Shown in pieces: positions 10,323 through 19,057 of a stretch of 64,000 bases of DNA. The position numbers and the translations under genes are program-made. The DNA comes from Candidatus Lustribacter sp. (GTDB lineage Bacteria; Vulcanimicrobiota; Vulcanimicrobiia; Vulcanimicrobiales; Vulcanimicrobiaceae), in contig OZ255842.1 of assembly GCA_965277805.1 (NCBI GenBank), forward strand, positions 2,752,001 to 2,816,000, in the 5' to 3' direction. The notes below the pieces were generated by a model. The model made no database searches. It was not told where the DNA came from and was given only the letters and a program-made list of their open reading frames with translations. Each line of letters begins with the position of its first letter. Positions within the stretch are counted from its first letter, which is position 1.

Positions 10323-11206
10323 TAGGATCGCTTCCGTAGCGCGAAACGCACGAGAAGGATCAGTATCATTGCGATGATGAGCAGTAAGAAGGCCATCGAG
10401 AACAGGGCATGCTCTTGAAGAGAGCCTTCGGTCGCCGAGGGCATTTCGCCGACGATAACCGTGGTTAAAGTCGCCGTCGGACCGAAGATACCCGCCGGAA
10501 ACGCGGTCGCGTTGCCGATCACCAGCTGAATCGCCAGGGTCTCCCCGACTGCGCGCGCGATCCCGAGGATGAGGGCCACGGCCAAACCGCTCGACGCGCT
10601 CGGCAGCAGGACGCGCATGATCGTCTGAAAGCGGGTCGCGCCGAGCGCCAGCGAGCCTTCCTTGAGCGAGGGGGGCAGCGAGTTGAAGGCGTCTTCGCTC
10701 AGCGAGATGACGGTCGGCAGAATCATGATCGCCAGCACGATGCCGGCGCCGGCGAGGCTGAAGCCCGATGCCGATGGGGTGTGCTCGCGAATGATCGGCA
10801 CCAGGAGCGTGAGGCCGAGCCACCCGTAGACGACCGAGGGAATACCGACCATCAACTCGATCGCCGGCTTGAGCACGAGTGCCATCCGCGCCGGCGCGAT
10901 CTCCGAGAGAAAAACGCCGACCGCGATGCCGAACGGCCCGCCGACCACGATCGCAAACACCGTGACGAGCAGGGTGCCGACGATGAAGATCGCGGCACCC
11001 GGATGATTCGAATCGAGATCGTAGTTGGGCGAGAATAAAAACGACCACAACGAGAAGTGATCGACGAAGAATGTCTTCGTGCCCTCGATCGCAAGGTACA
11101 CGAGAATCACCGCCATCGCGAAGATGACGAAACCCGCGGCAAATCGCAAAACCGTGAGGGCGATTCGCTCGTTGCGATGGGCGCGTTGGGCGGTTGAGGC
11201 GATCAC
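10322..11206 (-). CDS. pstC: Phosphate ABC permease
   Basis: GIPSVVYG, EGSLALGATRFQTI, ARAVGET. Confidence 0.95.
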   Translation of the reverse strand: MIASTAQRAHRNERIALTVLRFAAGFVIFAMAVILVYLAIEGTKTFFVDHFSLWSFLFSPNYDLDSNHPGAAIFIVGTLLVTVFAIVVGGPFGIAVGVFLSEIAPARMALVLKPAIELMVGIPSVVYGWLGLTLLVPIIREHTPSASGFSLAGAGIVLAIMILPTVISLSEDAFNSLPPSLKEGSLALGATRFQTIMRVLLPSASSGLAVALILGIARAVGETLAIQLVIGNATAFPAGIFGPTATLTTVIVGEMPSATEGSLQEHALFSMAFLLLIIAMILILLVRFALRKRS

Positions 11207-11232
11207 GTCGATCCTACGCTAGCGAAAGCACA

Positions 11233-11259
11233 GAGAGGCGACTATGACAGCCGCCTCTC
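11233..11259 (-). terminator. Stem-loop between pstS and pstC (partial terminator or mRNA stabiliser)
   Basis: Minus-strand GAGAGGCGGC-tgtcata-GTCGCCTCTC followed by TGTGCTTT. Confidence 0.6.
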
Positions 11260-11290
11260 CGAAGCCTTTTCAGAATAATACGGGCCGGTT

Positions 11291-12109
11291 TTAGCGATCG
11301 GTTTCCGAGGTCTTCATGTCGCCGATCTTAATGAACGAGTTCTTGTTCAGCAGATCCGAGTTCGATTTGACGAAGTCGATGAACTTCGCCGCGTCGCCCG
11401 AGGCCGCACCGTAGGTGAACATGTGCTCGTAGGACCAGAACGGATATTTACCGGTGATCACGTTAGCTTCGGTCGCGGCGACGCCGTCGATCGCGAGCTC
11501 GGTGACCGGCTGACCGTGCGTGCCGGAGAACGCCGCGTAGCTGATTGCGCCCGGCGTCTGTTTGACGACGCTGATGACCGTACCGGTCGCATCTTCCGTC
11601 AGTCCGCTTTCGACGACCTTATTCGGTGCAATGACCGTCTTTTCGAACACGACGCGCGTGCCCGAACCGCGGGTGCGGTTGATCACGACGATCTTTTGGT
11701 CAGGTCCGCCCACTTGTTTCCAGTTGGTGACGGCGCCCGAGAAAATGTCCTGAACTTGCTTCCGCGTGAGTCCTTTGACTTTGAGATCGGGGTTCGTAAT
11801 GACGGCAAAACCAATGACCGCAACGCGGTTATCGGTGAGTGCGGGTTTGTCCGGCGCAAGGATGTCGGAGTCGCCGATATCGATTGCCTTCGCGGCGATC
11901 TGATTGATTCCGGTGCCGGAACCGCCGCCCGAGACGCTGATTTTTACGTCGGGATGCGAAGTTTGATACGCGCCGGCCGCATCTTTGACGAGCGGCAGCA
12001 GCGCCGTCGAACCAGCGATGGTCAGCGAGCTGTCGGCGAACACGGGCATTGCCGTGGTCACCACCGAGAAGCCGAGGACGAGAGCCGCAAGCGCAGCGTT
12101 CCTGAACAC
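11291..12109 (-). CDS. pstS: Phosphate-binding protein
   Basis: IAGSTALLPL, GGGSGTG, RTRGSGTR, YPFWSYEHMFT; GTG start after GGAGGT. Confidence 0.95.
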   Translation of the reverse strand: MFRNAALAALVLGFSVVTTAMPVFADSSLTIAGSTALLPLVKDAAGAYQTSHPDVKISVSGGGSGTGINQIAAKAIDIGDSDILAPDKPALTDNRVAVIGFAVITNPDLKVKGLTRKQVQDIFSGAVTNWKQVGGPDQKIVVINRTRGSGTRVVFEKTVIAPNKVVESGLTEDATGTVISVVKQTPGAISYAAFSGTHGQPVTELAIDGVAATEANVITGKYPFWSYEHMFTYGAASGDAAKFIDFVKSNSDLLNKNSFIKIGDMKTSETDR

Positions 12110-12200
12110 AGATACCTCCAAGAAAAAGTCCGTTACGACGCGCTAAATCACGCTCTCATCGCGCAATCCACGCACCGGAACCCATCGTCCCAGGAGCAAG

Positions 12201-12236
12201 ATAAGGCAACATTAACGCTAGCTTAAGTGCTCTTAA
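12201..12236 (-). promoter_or_regulatory. Putative Pho boxes upstream of pstS
   Basis: TTAA-core repeats at 12233, 12223, 12212 and a degenerate copy at 12201 (10/11/11-bp period) in an AT-rich patch. Confidence 0.6.
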
Positions 12237-13384
12237 TCTTTCTCGTCGACGACTCGCGGCAAGCGGCAAACGAAGGTCGATCCACGCCCGTAAATCGAGT
12301 GCGCGGTGAGCGAGCCGCCGTGGGCTTCGACGAGATGGCGGGCGATCGAGAGGCCGAGCCCGGTTCCGGTGTGTTCGCGCGAACGGGAGCGGTCGACGAC
12401 GTAAAATCGCTCGAAGATGTGCGGCAAATCGTGATAGGGGATGCCGCGTCCCGTATCGCGCACGCGCAGCAGCGCGTTTCGCCCCTCGCTGGCGATTTCG
12501 ACCGTGACCGTTCCGCCGGTCGGCGTGTGCCGTAACGCGTTGTCGAGCAAGTTGAGCGCCACTTGCGTGAGGCGGTTGCGGTCGGCCGCGACGAACACTT
12601 CCTCCGGCGCATCGAGGTCGAGTTCGATGCCCAAGGTAGTCGAGCGCTGCGAGAACGTGTTGACCACCGACGTCGCGACGTCGGTGAGATCGAAGATCTC
12701 GCGCCGCAGGAGCAAGTTCCCCGATTCGGAGCGCGCCAGCTCCAGCAAGTCTTCGACCAGCCGGATCATGCGGTCGACTTCCCGGGCAACTTGCGGCAAG
12801 AACAGCGTGCGCGCTTCTGCATCGTCGTCGGAGAGGAGCACCGTTTCCAGCATCAGCTTGATCGCCGAGAGCGGCGTGCGCAGTTCATGCGAGACGTTGG
12901 CCACGAATTCACGGCGCACGTGTTCGATCGCAAGCAGCGCCGTACGGTCGGCAGCGACGGCCACGGCGCCGCCTTCGAACGGGTGCGCGGTAATCCCGAG
13001 GGTGCGCTCGCGCGCGAAGTCGCCGATCGTGATATCGTTCATCGACGTCTCGCCGCCGATCGCCGCGAGCACCTGACGTTCCATCGCAACCGACGGCACG
13101 ACCGCGATCAGTGCTTGTCCGACCGCTCGTTCGGCGTGAATTTCGAACAGCTCTTCGGCCGCTGCGTTGACGTACCGGACGATGCCGCCCGAGTCGATCA
13201 GAAACGCGGCGAACGGAAATGCGGCGAGCACCCGTTGGGTGCGCCCGTCTTCGTACGGATCCAGGGCCGCCGGCCGGACCGGTGCGGCGTACGGCGCGCG
13301 CGCCGACCGGAATCGCCCGACGGCGAGCGTTACGAGGCTGCCGGCGATGAGGCCGGCGGCGGCCGCAACGAGCGCGTCGAGCAT
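12233..13384 (-). CDS. phoR: PAS histidine kinase, PhoR-like
   Basis: FVANVSHELRTPL, NLLDNALRH, DTGRGI, GTGLGLSI; adjacent to pst. Confidence 0.9.
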   Translation of the reverse strand: MLDALVAAAAGLIAGSLVTLAVGRFRSARAPYAAPVRPAALDPYEDGRTQRVLAAFPFAAFLIDSGGIVRYVNAAAEELFEIHAERAVGQALIAVVPSVAMERQVLAAIGGETSMNDITIGDFARERTLGITAHPFEGGAVAVAADRTALLAIEHVRREFVANVSHELRTPLSAIKLMLETVLLSDDDAEARTLFLPQVAREVDRMIRLVEDLLELARSESGNLLLRREIFDLTDVATSVVNTFSQRSTTLGIELDLDAPEEVFVAADRNRLTQVALNLLDNALRHTPTGGTVTVEIASEGRNALLRVRDTGRGIPYHDLPHIFERFYVVDRSRSREHTGTGLGLSIARHLVEAHGGSLTAHSIYGRGSTFVCRLPRVVDEKD

Positions 13385-13390
13385 CGGGCG

Positions 13391-14089
13391 TTATTCGCGG
13401 AACATGTATCCGCGGCTGCGCACGGTGATGATGTGCCGCGGGTTATTCGGATCGGCCTCGATCTTCTCGCGCAACCACCGGATGTGGACGCTGATCGTCT
13501 GGTGCTCGCCCTCGAAGTCGTAACCCCAAACTTTTTCCAGCAGCATCTGCCGGGTCACGATGCGGCCGCGATTTTCCATCAGCACGTGCAGCAGCCGGAA
13601 TTCCTTCGGCGCCAGCGCGACGATCTCGCCGCGTACGGTCAAACGCTGGCGCGAGCGGTCGATCGTGATCTCCCCGATCGTAATCGATTCGTCGCGCTGT
13701 TCGAGGTCGACTTCAGTGCGGCGCAGGCGCGCTTTGACCCGGGCGATGATCTCGCCGAGCGAAAACGGCTTGGTCACGTAGTCGTCGGCGCCCAGCTCGA
13801 GCGCGAGGACCTTGTCGAACTCCTGATCCTTCGCGGTCAGCATGATGATCGGCACGCTGGAGGTCTTGCGGATCTCCTTACACGCCTCGATGCCGTCGAG
13901 CAGCGGGAGCATGATGTCGAGGATGACCAGATCCGGCTGCTCGCTCGCGGCCAAGGCAACCGCGCTGCGGCCGTCGCCGGCAGCCGTGACGCTGTAGCCG
14001 CTGCGCTCGAGGTTGTAGCGCAGCGATTGTACGATCGCCGCCTCGTCGTCGACGAGCAAAATTTTCTTCCGCGGCGGCGCGACGATCAC
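13391..14089 (-). CDS. phoB: OmpR/PhoB-family response regulator
   Basis: LVDDE, LDIMLP, GADDYVTKPF, winged-helix HIRWLREKIE. Confidence 0.85.
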   Translation of the reverse strand: MIVAPPRKKILLVDDEAAIVQSLRYNLERSGYSVTAAGDGRSAVALAASEQPDLVILDIMLPLLDGIEACKEIRKTSSVPIIMLTAKDQEFDKVLALELGADDYVTKPFSLGEIIARVKARLRRTEVDLEQRDESITIGEITIDRSRQRLTVRGEIVALAPKEFRLLHVLMENRGRIVTRQMLLEKVWGYDFEGEHQTISVHIRWLREKIEADPNNPRHIITVRSRGYMFRE

Positions 14090-15636
14090 GGTCGTGGCTC
14101 CGGCATTGCCGATTCGAACGTCGCCCGGACGCCGAAGGTTCGCTCGAACAGATCAGCCTTGAACATCGCAGCGCCCAGTTCGCCCGACACATCGCCCTCG
14201 GCCTGCGCGACGATCACAATTCGTCCGTCTTCACGCCGAACCGTGACATCGCCCACCACGCCCAGCTCCCGCTCGTCGAGTCCGTCGGCGATGCGCAAGA
14301 TCGACGCCAGCACCTCGACACGGTGCTTGTCGACGGGCGCCAGCGCCATGAATTCGGGATGACTCGGCTTCGGCATCGCTTTGCGGTAGTAGCGCGCCAC
14401 GAGCGCGACCAGCTCGCGTTCGTCGTCACGCCAGCCCGGCAGCGGCGAATTGCGAATCAAATATGCAGAATGTTTGTGATGCGCGCTCTCCGCGACGAAG
14501 CGCCCGATCGAGTGCAAGATCGCGGCCGCGTACAGCACGTCGCGATCCGACGGCGCCAGCTGATGCAGGCCGGCCAGCCGTTCGAACAACGCCAGCGCAA
14601 GGCGTCCGACATGGCGTTGATGTCCGCCCAGATGTTCGTAGTGATGCGCGAGCGATTCGATGCCTTCGATGCGCCGCACGCGTTCGTCGCCCAGCCGGTC
14701 GGCCAGCGCCCGATCCTGCGCCACCATGTCGACGATGATCCCGTCACGCAACGCGCGCTCGCAGACCACGATCTCATCGCGTCCGAGTTGGGCGAGCGCG
14801 GCGATCAAAATGGCATTGCCCGCAACGATGATATCGGCGCGGCGCGGGTTCATGCCCGGCATGCGGCGACGCTCGCCCTCGCTCATGCCGAGCATTTCCC
14901 GCTGCAATGTTTCGAGCCGGTCGCGCGTCACGCTATAACCGTGCACCCGGCCGGGGCTGACGCCGCGCGCAGCCGCGTCGAGCGCCGCCAATCCCATGAT
15001 CGTTCCCGACGTGCCGATCGTCAGATCGAGCCGATAGCGCCGCACCCGGTCGATCAGCGGCCCCAGCGTTGCCAGGATGTGCTTGTTGAGCTCGCGCGCG
15101 CCGCGCTGCGGCGATTTGCCGCGCAGGTAGCGGTCGTAGAGCCGCAGGCTGCCGAGCTTGACGCTGTCGAGCAGATACGGCCGCTCGCCGTCGGCGACGA
15201 TGAACTCGGTCGAGCCGCCCCCGATGTCGATGATGCACGCCAACTGATCGTAAATCGGAAACCCGCTGGCAACCCCGAGATGAATCAGCCGCGCTTCTTC
15301 TTGCGCACTCAAAATTTCCAGCGCGATGCCGGCCTGCGCCTCGACCTGCACCCGGAACTCATCGCCGTTATCGGCCTCGCGCACCGCGCTCGTCGCGACC
15401 GCGCGCACGCGTTCGGCACCGCGCGCGCGAGCAGCGGCAACGAACCGTGAGATCGCATCGATTCCCTTAACCATCGCCTTGGGCGAGAGGCGCCCGCGCT
15501 CGAGCGCATCGTCGCTGCCGAGCCGCACCATCTCACGGTCTTTGTAGACGACGCGCGTCGTATCGAAGGTGGAGTCGAATTCCACCAGGATGAGATGAAT
15601 CGAGTTGGTCCCAACGTCGATAGCACCGAACAGCAC
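14086..15636 (-). CDS. ppx: Ppx/GppA exopolyphosphatase with C-terminal HD domain
   Basis: AIDVGTNSIHL, ATSAVREA, DIGGGSTE, ALRDG, HHKHSAYLI. Confidence 0.92.
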   Translation of the reverse strand: MLFGAIDVGTNSIHLILVEFDSTFDTTRVVYKDREMVRLGSDDALERGRLSPKAMVKGIDAISRFVAAARARGAERVRAVATSAVREADNGDEFRVQVEAQAGIALEILSAQEEARLIHLGVASGFPIYDQLACIIDIGGGSTEFIVADGERPYLLDSVKLGSLRLYDRYLRGKSPQRGARELNKHILATLGPLIDRVRRYRLDLTIGTSGTIMGLAALDAAARGVSPGRVHGYSVTRDRLETLQREMLGMSEGERRRMPGMNPRRADIIVAGNAILIAALAQLGRDEIVVCERALRDGIIVDMVAQDRALADRLGDERVRRIEGIESLAHHYEHLGGHQRHVGRLALALFERLAGLHQLAPSDRDVLYAAAILHSIGRFVAESAHHKHSAYLIRNSPLPGWRDDERELVALVARYYRKAMPKPSHPEFMALAPVDKHRVEVLASILRIADGLDERELGVVGDVTVRREDGRIVIVAQAEGDVSGELGAAMFKADLFERTFGVRATFESAMPEPRP

Positions 15637-15742
15637 GCCGGTCCGGCTACCGCCCGGCGCGCGAAGGCTCCTCTCCCGACCTTTGTCGCCCCGAACCGTG
15701 CAACCGAAAATGTCCCCGCGTTTGCGCGGTTAAAGAGACCGT

Positions 15743-15985
15743 ATGGCCAGCAGCACGGCGACGCCGATTGAGGAGCGTATCAACACGGCGCTCGATCGCA
15801 TCCGTCCAGCCATCGCCGCCGACGGCGGCGACGTTTGGCTGATCCGCGTCGACAACCACACCGCATACGTGCAGATGCTCGGTGCCTGCGGCGGCTGCGC
15901 CGCCGCGCACCTCACCCTCAAAAACGGGATTGAAGCCGTGATTCTCGAGGATGTCCCCGAAATCACCGCGGTCGAGGCGATCTGA
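15743..15985 (+). CDS. NifU/NfuA-type Fe-S carrier domain protein
   Basis: IRPAIAADGGDV...GACGGC...TLKNGIE. Confidence 0.9.
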   Translation: MASSTATPIEERINTALDRIRPAIAADGGDVWLIRVDNHTAYVQMLGACGGCAAAHLTLKNGIEAVILEDVPEITAVEAI

Positions 15986-16647
15986 GCAACTTCGAAACGC
16001 TGGTCTTCGATCTCGACGGCACGCTGACCGATCCGTACGACGGCATCACGCGGTCGTATCAATACGCGCGGGAGAAGCTCGGCCTCAATCTGCTACCCGA
16101 CAGCGACTTGCGCGGCATGATAGGTCCTCCGATGCAGGAGGTTTTCTCCGCACTCAGCGACGGCAATGCGGAGCTCGTCGCCCACGCGATCATCGCCTAC
16201 CGCGAACGCTACTCGACGATCGGCCTGTTCGAGAACGTCGTGTACCCCGGAATCCCGGCAGCCCTCGCGACGCTCGCGGAATCGTACCGCCTCTTCGTGT
16301 GCACATCGAAGCCGGGCACATTTGCAACCCGAATTCTCGAGCACTTCGATCTTTCAAAACACTTTGCCGGAATTTACGGCTGCGAATTGGACGGCACCCG
16401 CGCCGATAAGCGCGAGCTGCTCCAATGGCTCCTCGAACAGGAAGGCGTAGACGGTTCCGGCGCCGCCATGATCGGCGATCGCATGTTCGACGTCGCAGCC
16501 GCGCTCGCGAACGGCCTCACACCGTACGGCGTCCTCTGGGGACATGGGAGCGAAACCGAACTGCGTGCGGCCCGTGCGAAGTCGTGCTTCCGTGCTGCGG
16601 AAGACCTATGCGCGGAATTCCCGCCCCCGGCGCGGACGCGTCCCTGA
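15982..16647 (+). CDS. HAD-family hydrolase (phosphoglycolate phosphatase/5'-nucleotidase-like), probable CTG start
   Basis: FDLDGTL lies in frame upstream of the ORF-track start 16108; TSKP and MIGDRMFD motifs. Confidence 0.85.
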   Translation: MSNFETLVFDLDGTLTDPYDGITRSYQYAREKLGLNLLPDSDLRGMIGPPMQEVFSALSDGNAELVAHAIIAYRERYSTIGLFENVVYPGIPAALATLAESYRLFVCTSKPGTFATRILEHFDLSKHFAGIYGCELDGTRADKRELLQWLLEQEGVDGSGAAMIGDRMFDVAAALANGLTPYGVLWGHGSETELRAARAKSCFRAAEDLCAEFPPPARTRP

Positions 16648-18039
16648 CTCCTGGGTGGGCATGTGCTGCACGGCCGGCGCTTCCGGCTTCGGCAGCGTGT
16701 TCACCGTATCGATGATATCGGCTAACCGCTGTGCGGTCTCGGGCATCGCCGGAACGTCGTAACGCGGCGCTTCACCGAAGCCGAACGCGGTCGTCAAATC
16801 GCCGCAGGTCTTGCGCCGCCACGCCGTGATGTTGGGGACCTCGACGCCGAAGCGCTTTTCGAGGAGCTGCAGCACCGACGTGTGATCGAACGTATCACCG
16901 CACACATAGCCGCCGCGTGAGAACGGCGAGACGATGAGCGCCGGCACGCGATAGCCGAGCCCGATCGGCTTTCCCCCGACGAACTCATCCGGCGTCCCGG
17001 GGTCGGGCAACGGCGGAATCACGTGATCGAAGAGCCCGTCGTTCTCGTCGTACACTTGGATAAACGCGGTCTTCGCCCAGACTTTCGGACTCGACCAGAG
17101 CGCATCGAGAATCGTATGGACCCAATTCTCGCCTTGCGCCGCAAAGAAGTCCGGATGTTCGGTCTGTTCCGCGTGCGCCATGACAAACGTGACCTGCGGC
17201 AGATTCCCGGTTCGGATGTTTTGCAAAAACTGCTGGAACGGATGCCCGCGACGCGCGCGCTGAAACAAGCGCGTGTTGGAATTCGCGGCTTGAAACGGCG
17301 GAAAGAAGCGCAGCACGTTCATGAGATAGTCGTCGTACATATCGTAGTAGAGCTGCCACGAGATACCGGCCTTCTCGAGCCGCTCGGGGTAGGTTTCCCA
17401 CGTATACGTCGTACGCCCGAGAATCGCATCATTGTTGAGCGCCGGCCCACCGTGCTTGCCGCCCGGATCGATCGACGCCGTCATCCAGTACAGCCGGTTC
17501 GGATACGTCGACGAGAGCATCGAGCAATGGTACCCGTCGCAAATCGTGAACGCATCCGCCAGCGCATAGTAGAACGGAATGTCCGCGCGCGTGTAGTAGC
17601 CCATCGTCAGCGGCCCCGACACGCCGTCGGCAACGCGATGCGCGGCCACCCAGCCGTCCATCTTGCCGCCGTTGAGACACTCGTGCTGCGGATCCCAATT
17701 ATGATTGAGATCGTGCAGCTGCATCGCGCTCGTTTTCGCCGTATCGAGATGGAACGGCAGCACGTAGCCGTCGGCATGCACCGGATCGGGCTGCTGAAAA
17801 ACCGGCGCGCCGCTGGGTAATTTCGCCGCATGCGCATCGTCGAACCCGCGCACCCCGCGCAACGACCCGAAGTAATGATCGAACGAGCGGTTCTCTTGCA
17901 TCAAGATGATGAAGTGATCGATGTCGTTGAGCTTCGAAGGTCCGGCGGCCTCAGCCGGACCAACCAAACCGGCGCCGATCGCAAGCGCCGCAGCGCTCGC
18001 TCCGCCTGCTAGAAAGACTTCGCGCGAGATGCGATTCAT
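16606..18039 (-). CDS. Phospholipase C / phosphoesterase (PlcH/PlcN-like), Tat-type signal
   Basis: ILMQENRSFDHYFG, TYPNRLY, YDENDGLFDHV, GLGYRVP, FDHTSVL. Confidence 0.9.
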   Translation of the reverse strand: MNRISREVFLAGGASAAALAIGAGLVGPAEAAGPSKLNDIDHFIILMQENRSFDHYFGSLRGVRGFDDAHAAKLPSGAPVFQQPDPVHADGYVLPFHLDTAKTSAMQLHDLNHNWDPQHECLNGGKMDGWVAAHRVADGVSGPLTMGYYTRADIPFYYALADAFTICDGYHCSMLSSTYPNRLYWMTASIDPGGKHGGPALNNDAILGRTTYTWETYPERLEKAGISWQLYYDMYDDYLMNVLRFFPPFQAANSNTRLFQRARRGHPFQQFLQNIRTGNLPQVTFVMAHAEQTEHPDFFAAQGENWVHTILDALWSSPKVWAKTAFIQVYDENDGLFDHVIPPLPDPGTPDEFVGGKPIGLGYRVPALIVSPFSRGGYVCGDTFDHTSVLQLLEKRFGVEVPNITAWRRKTCGDLTTAFGFGEAPRYDVPAMPETAQRLADIIDTVNTLPKPEAPAVQHMPTQESGTRPRRGREFRA

Positions 18040-18051
18040 ACGCGCGCCGTT

Positions 18052-18981
18052 TCAGACCTCGAGACAGATCTCCCGCCAAGCGTCGCGCTGCACGGAATCA
18101 TCAACGTCGACACGCACCCAGCCGCCGTCGGCTAGACATTCCGCTTCGATCGACGGTCCGTCGCCGTTTGCCCCCGACAAATGCACCACCCACGTCGGCC
18201 CGATGCGATTGCTCACGTGCAGGCGCCCAAAGCGCGAACGCAATTCCAGGTAATCCGCCGTTACCGACGTCGCTTGAAGTGTCGGTGCCCAACACACGCT
18301 GCCGCCGCGATTCTCGAGCCGCACGCGAACGCGAATCCCCGCCGCCGTCGCCGCCTCCAACACACGCCCCACCGCATCCGTCGCAACCGCCGTAGCAACG
18401 TAGGGCCCGGCGAGCACGAACGCATCACTGCGCGGCACCGCATGCTGCGCAATCAGCCGGTCAAAATCTTCGCGCCGCTCGAGCAGCGGCAACACCTGGC
18501 GCAACCGGTCCGCATACCGCCGCCACGGCGCCCGCAGCGCATGCGCGTAACTCTTCGGCAGCCCATCGTCGGCAAGCAGCCAAATCAATTCATCAAACTC
18601 CGCGCTCACGTCCTCCAGCCGCACCGCCGCGATCGGCGCGCCATGCGTCGAGAAAAACTCGAGCAATCGCGCGCCACCCTCACGCCGCGCGACGACGCTC
18701 ATCCACCCGCCGAAATCGAGCCGCACGGTCGTCCGATCCCCCGACCCGCAGCGCGACCGGCACAGCCGCTGCCGCCCCTCAACGCATTCAAGCGCCGCCG
18801 CCCCATGTCCGAACAACCAGGTCGCCCGCCGGGCATACCGCGTCATCGAAAGCACGGCCGGCCAATCCGCCCGCAACCGCACGGCCTCGTCCCCGCCGGA
18901 AGCGCCCGAATCGAGCACCGGCAACTGCAGCCGAGAGGGCGCCGCCGCCGGCGCCGAGATGGGAGTCCGAAAAGCAAACAT
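18052..18981 (-). CDS. Divergent HemS/ChuS/ChuX-like heme-utilisation protein
   Basis: Two-repeat layout with VRLDFGGW, LLEFFSTHG, AFVLAGPYVA, RLENRGG, FGRLHV; resemblance judged by eye. Confidence 0.55.
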   Translation of the reverse strand: MFAFRTPISAPAAAPSRLQLPVLDSGASGGDEAVRLRADWPAVLSMTRYARRATWLFGHGAAALECVEGRQRLCRSRCGSGDRTTVRLDFGGWMSVVARREGGARLLEFFSTHGAPIAAVRLEDVSAEFDELIWLLADDGLPKSYAHALRAPWRRYADRLRQVLPLLERREDFDRLIAQHAVPRSDAFVLAGPYVATAVATDAVGRVLEAATAAGIRVRVRLENRGGSVCWAPTLQATSVTADYLELRSRFGRLHVSNRIGPTWVVHLSGANGDGPSIEAECLADGGWVRVDVDDSVQRDAWREICLEV

Positions 18982-18995
18982 AGGGCCTTTCACGC

Positions 18996-19036
18996 ATGAA
19001 TAAGTCTAACCTAACGATCGACTTAGGCACTCCAAA
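18996..19036 (-). promoter_or_regulatory. Putative DtxR/IdeR-family metal-repressor site(s)
   Basis: Minus strand TTAGGTTAGACTTATTCAT (18996-19014) versus consensus TTAGGTTAGGCTAACCTAA; second TTAGG-N4-CCAAA at 19023-19036. Confidence 0.45.
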
Positions 19037-19057
19037 CTCGACTCCTCCCGCCCGATC

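Noticed and set aside
9399-11048. 549-aa PstA with long N-terminal extension
   Set aside because: The extension overlaps pstC in another frame. Homology begins near 10322.
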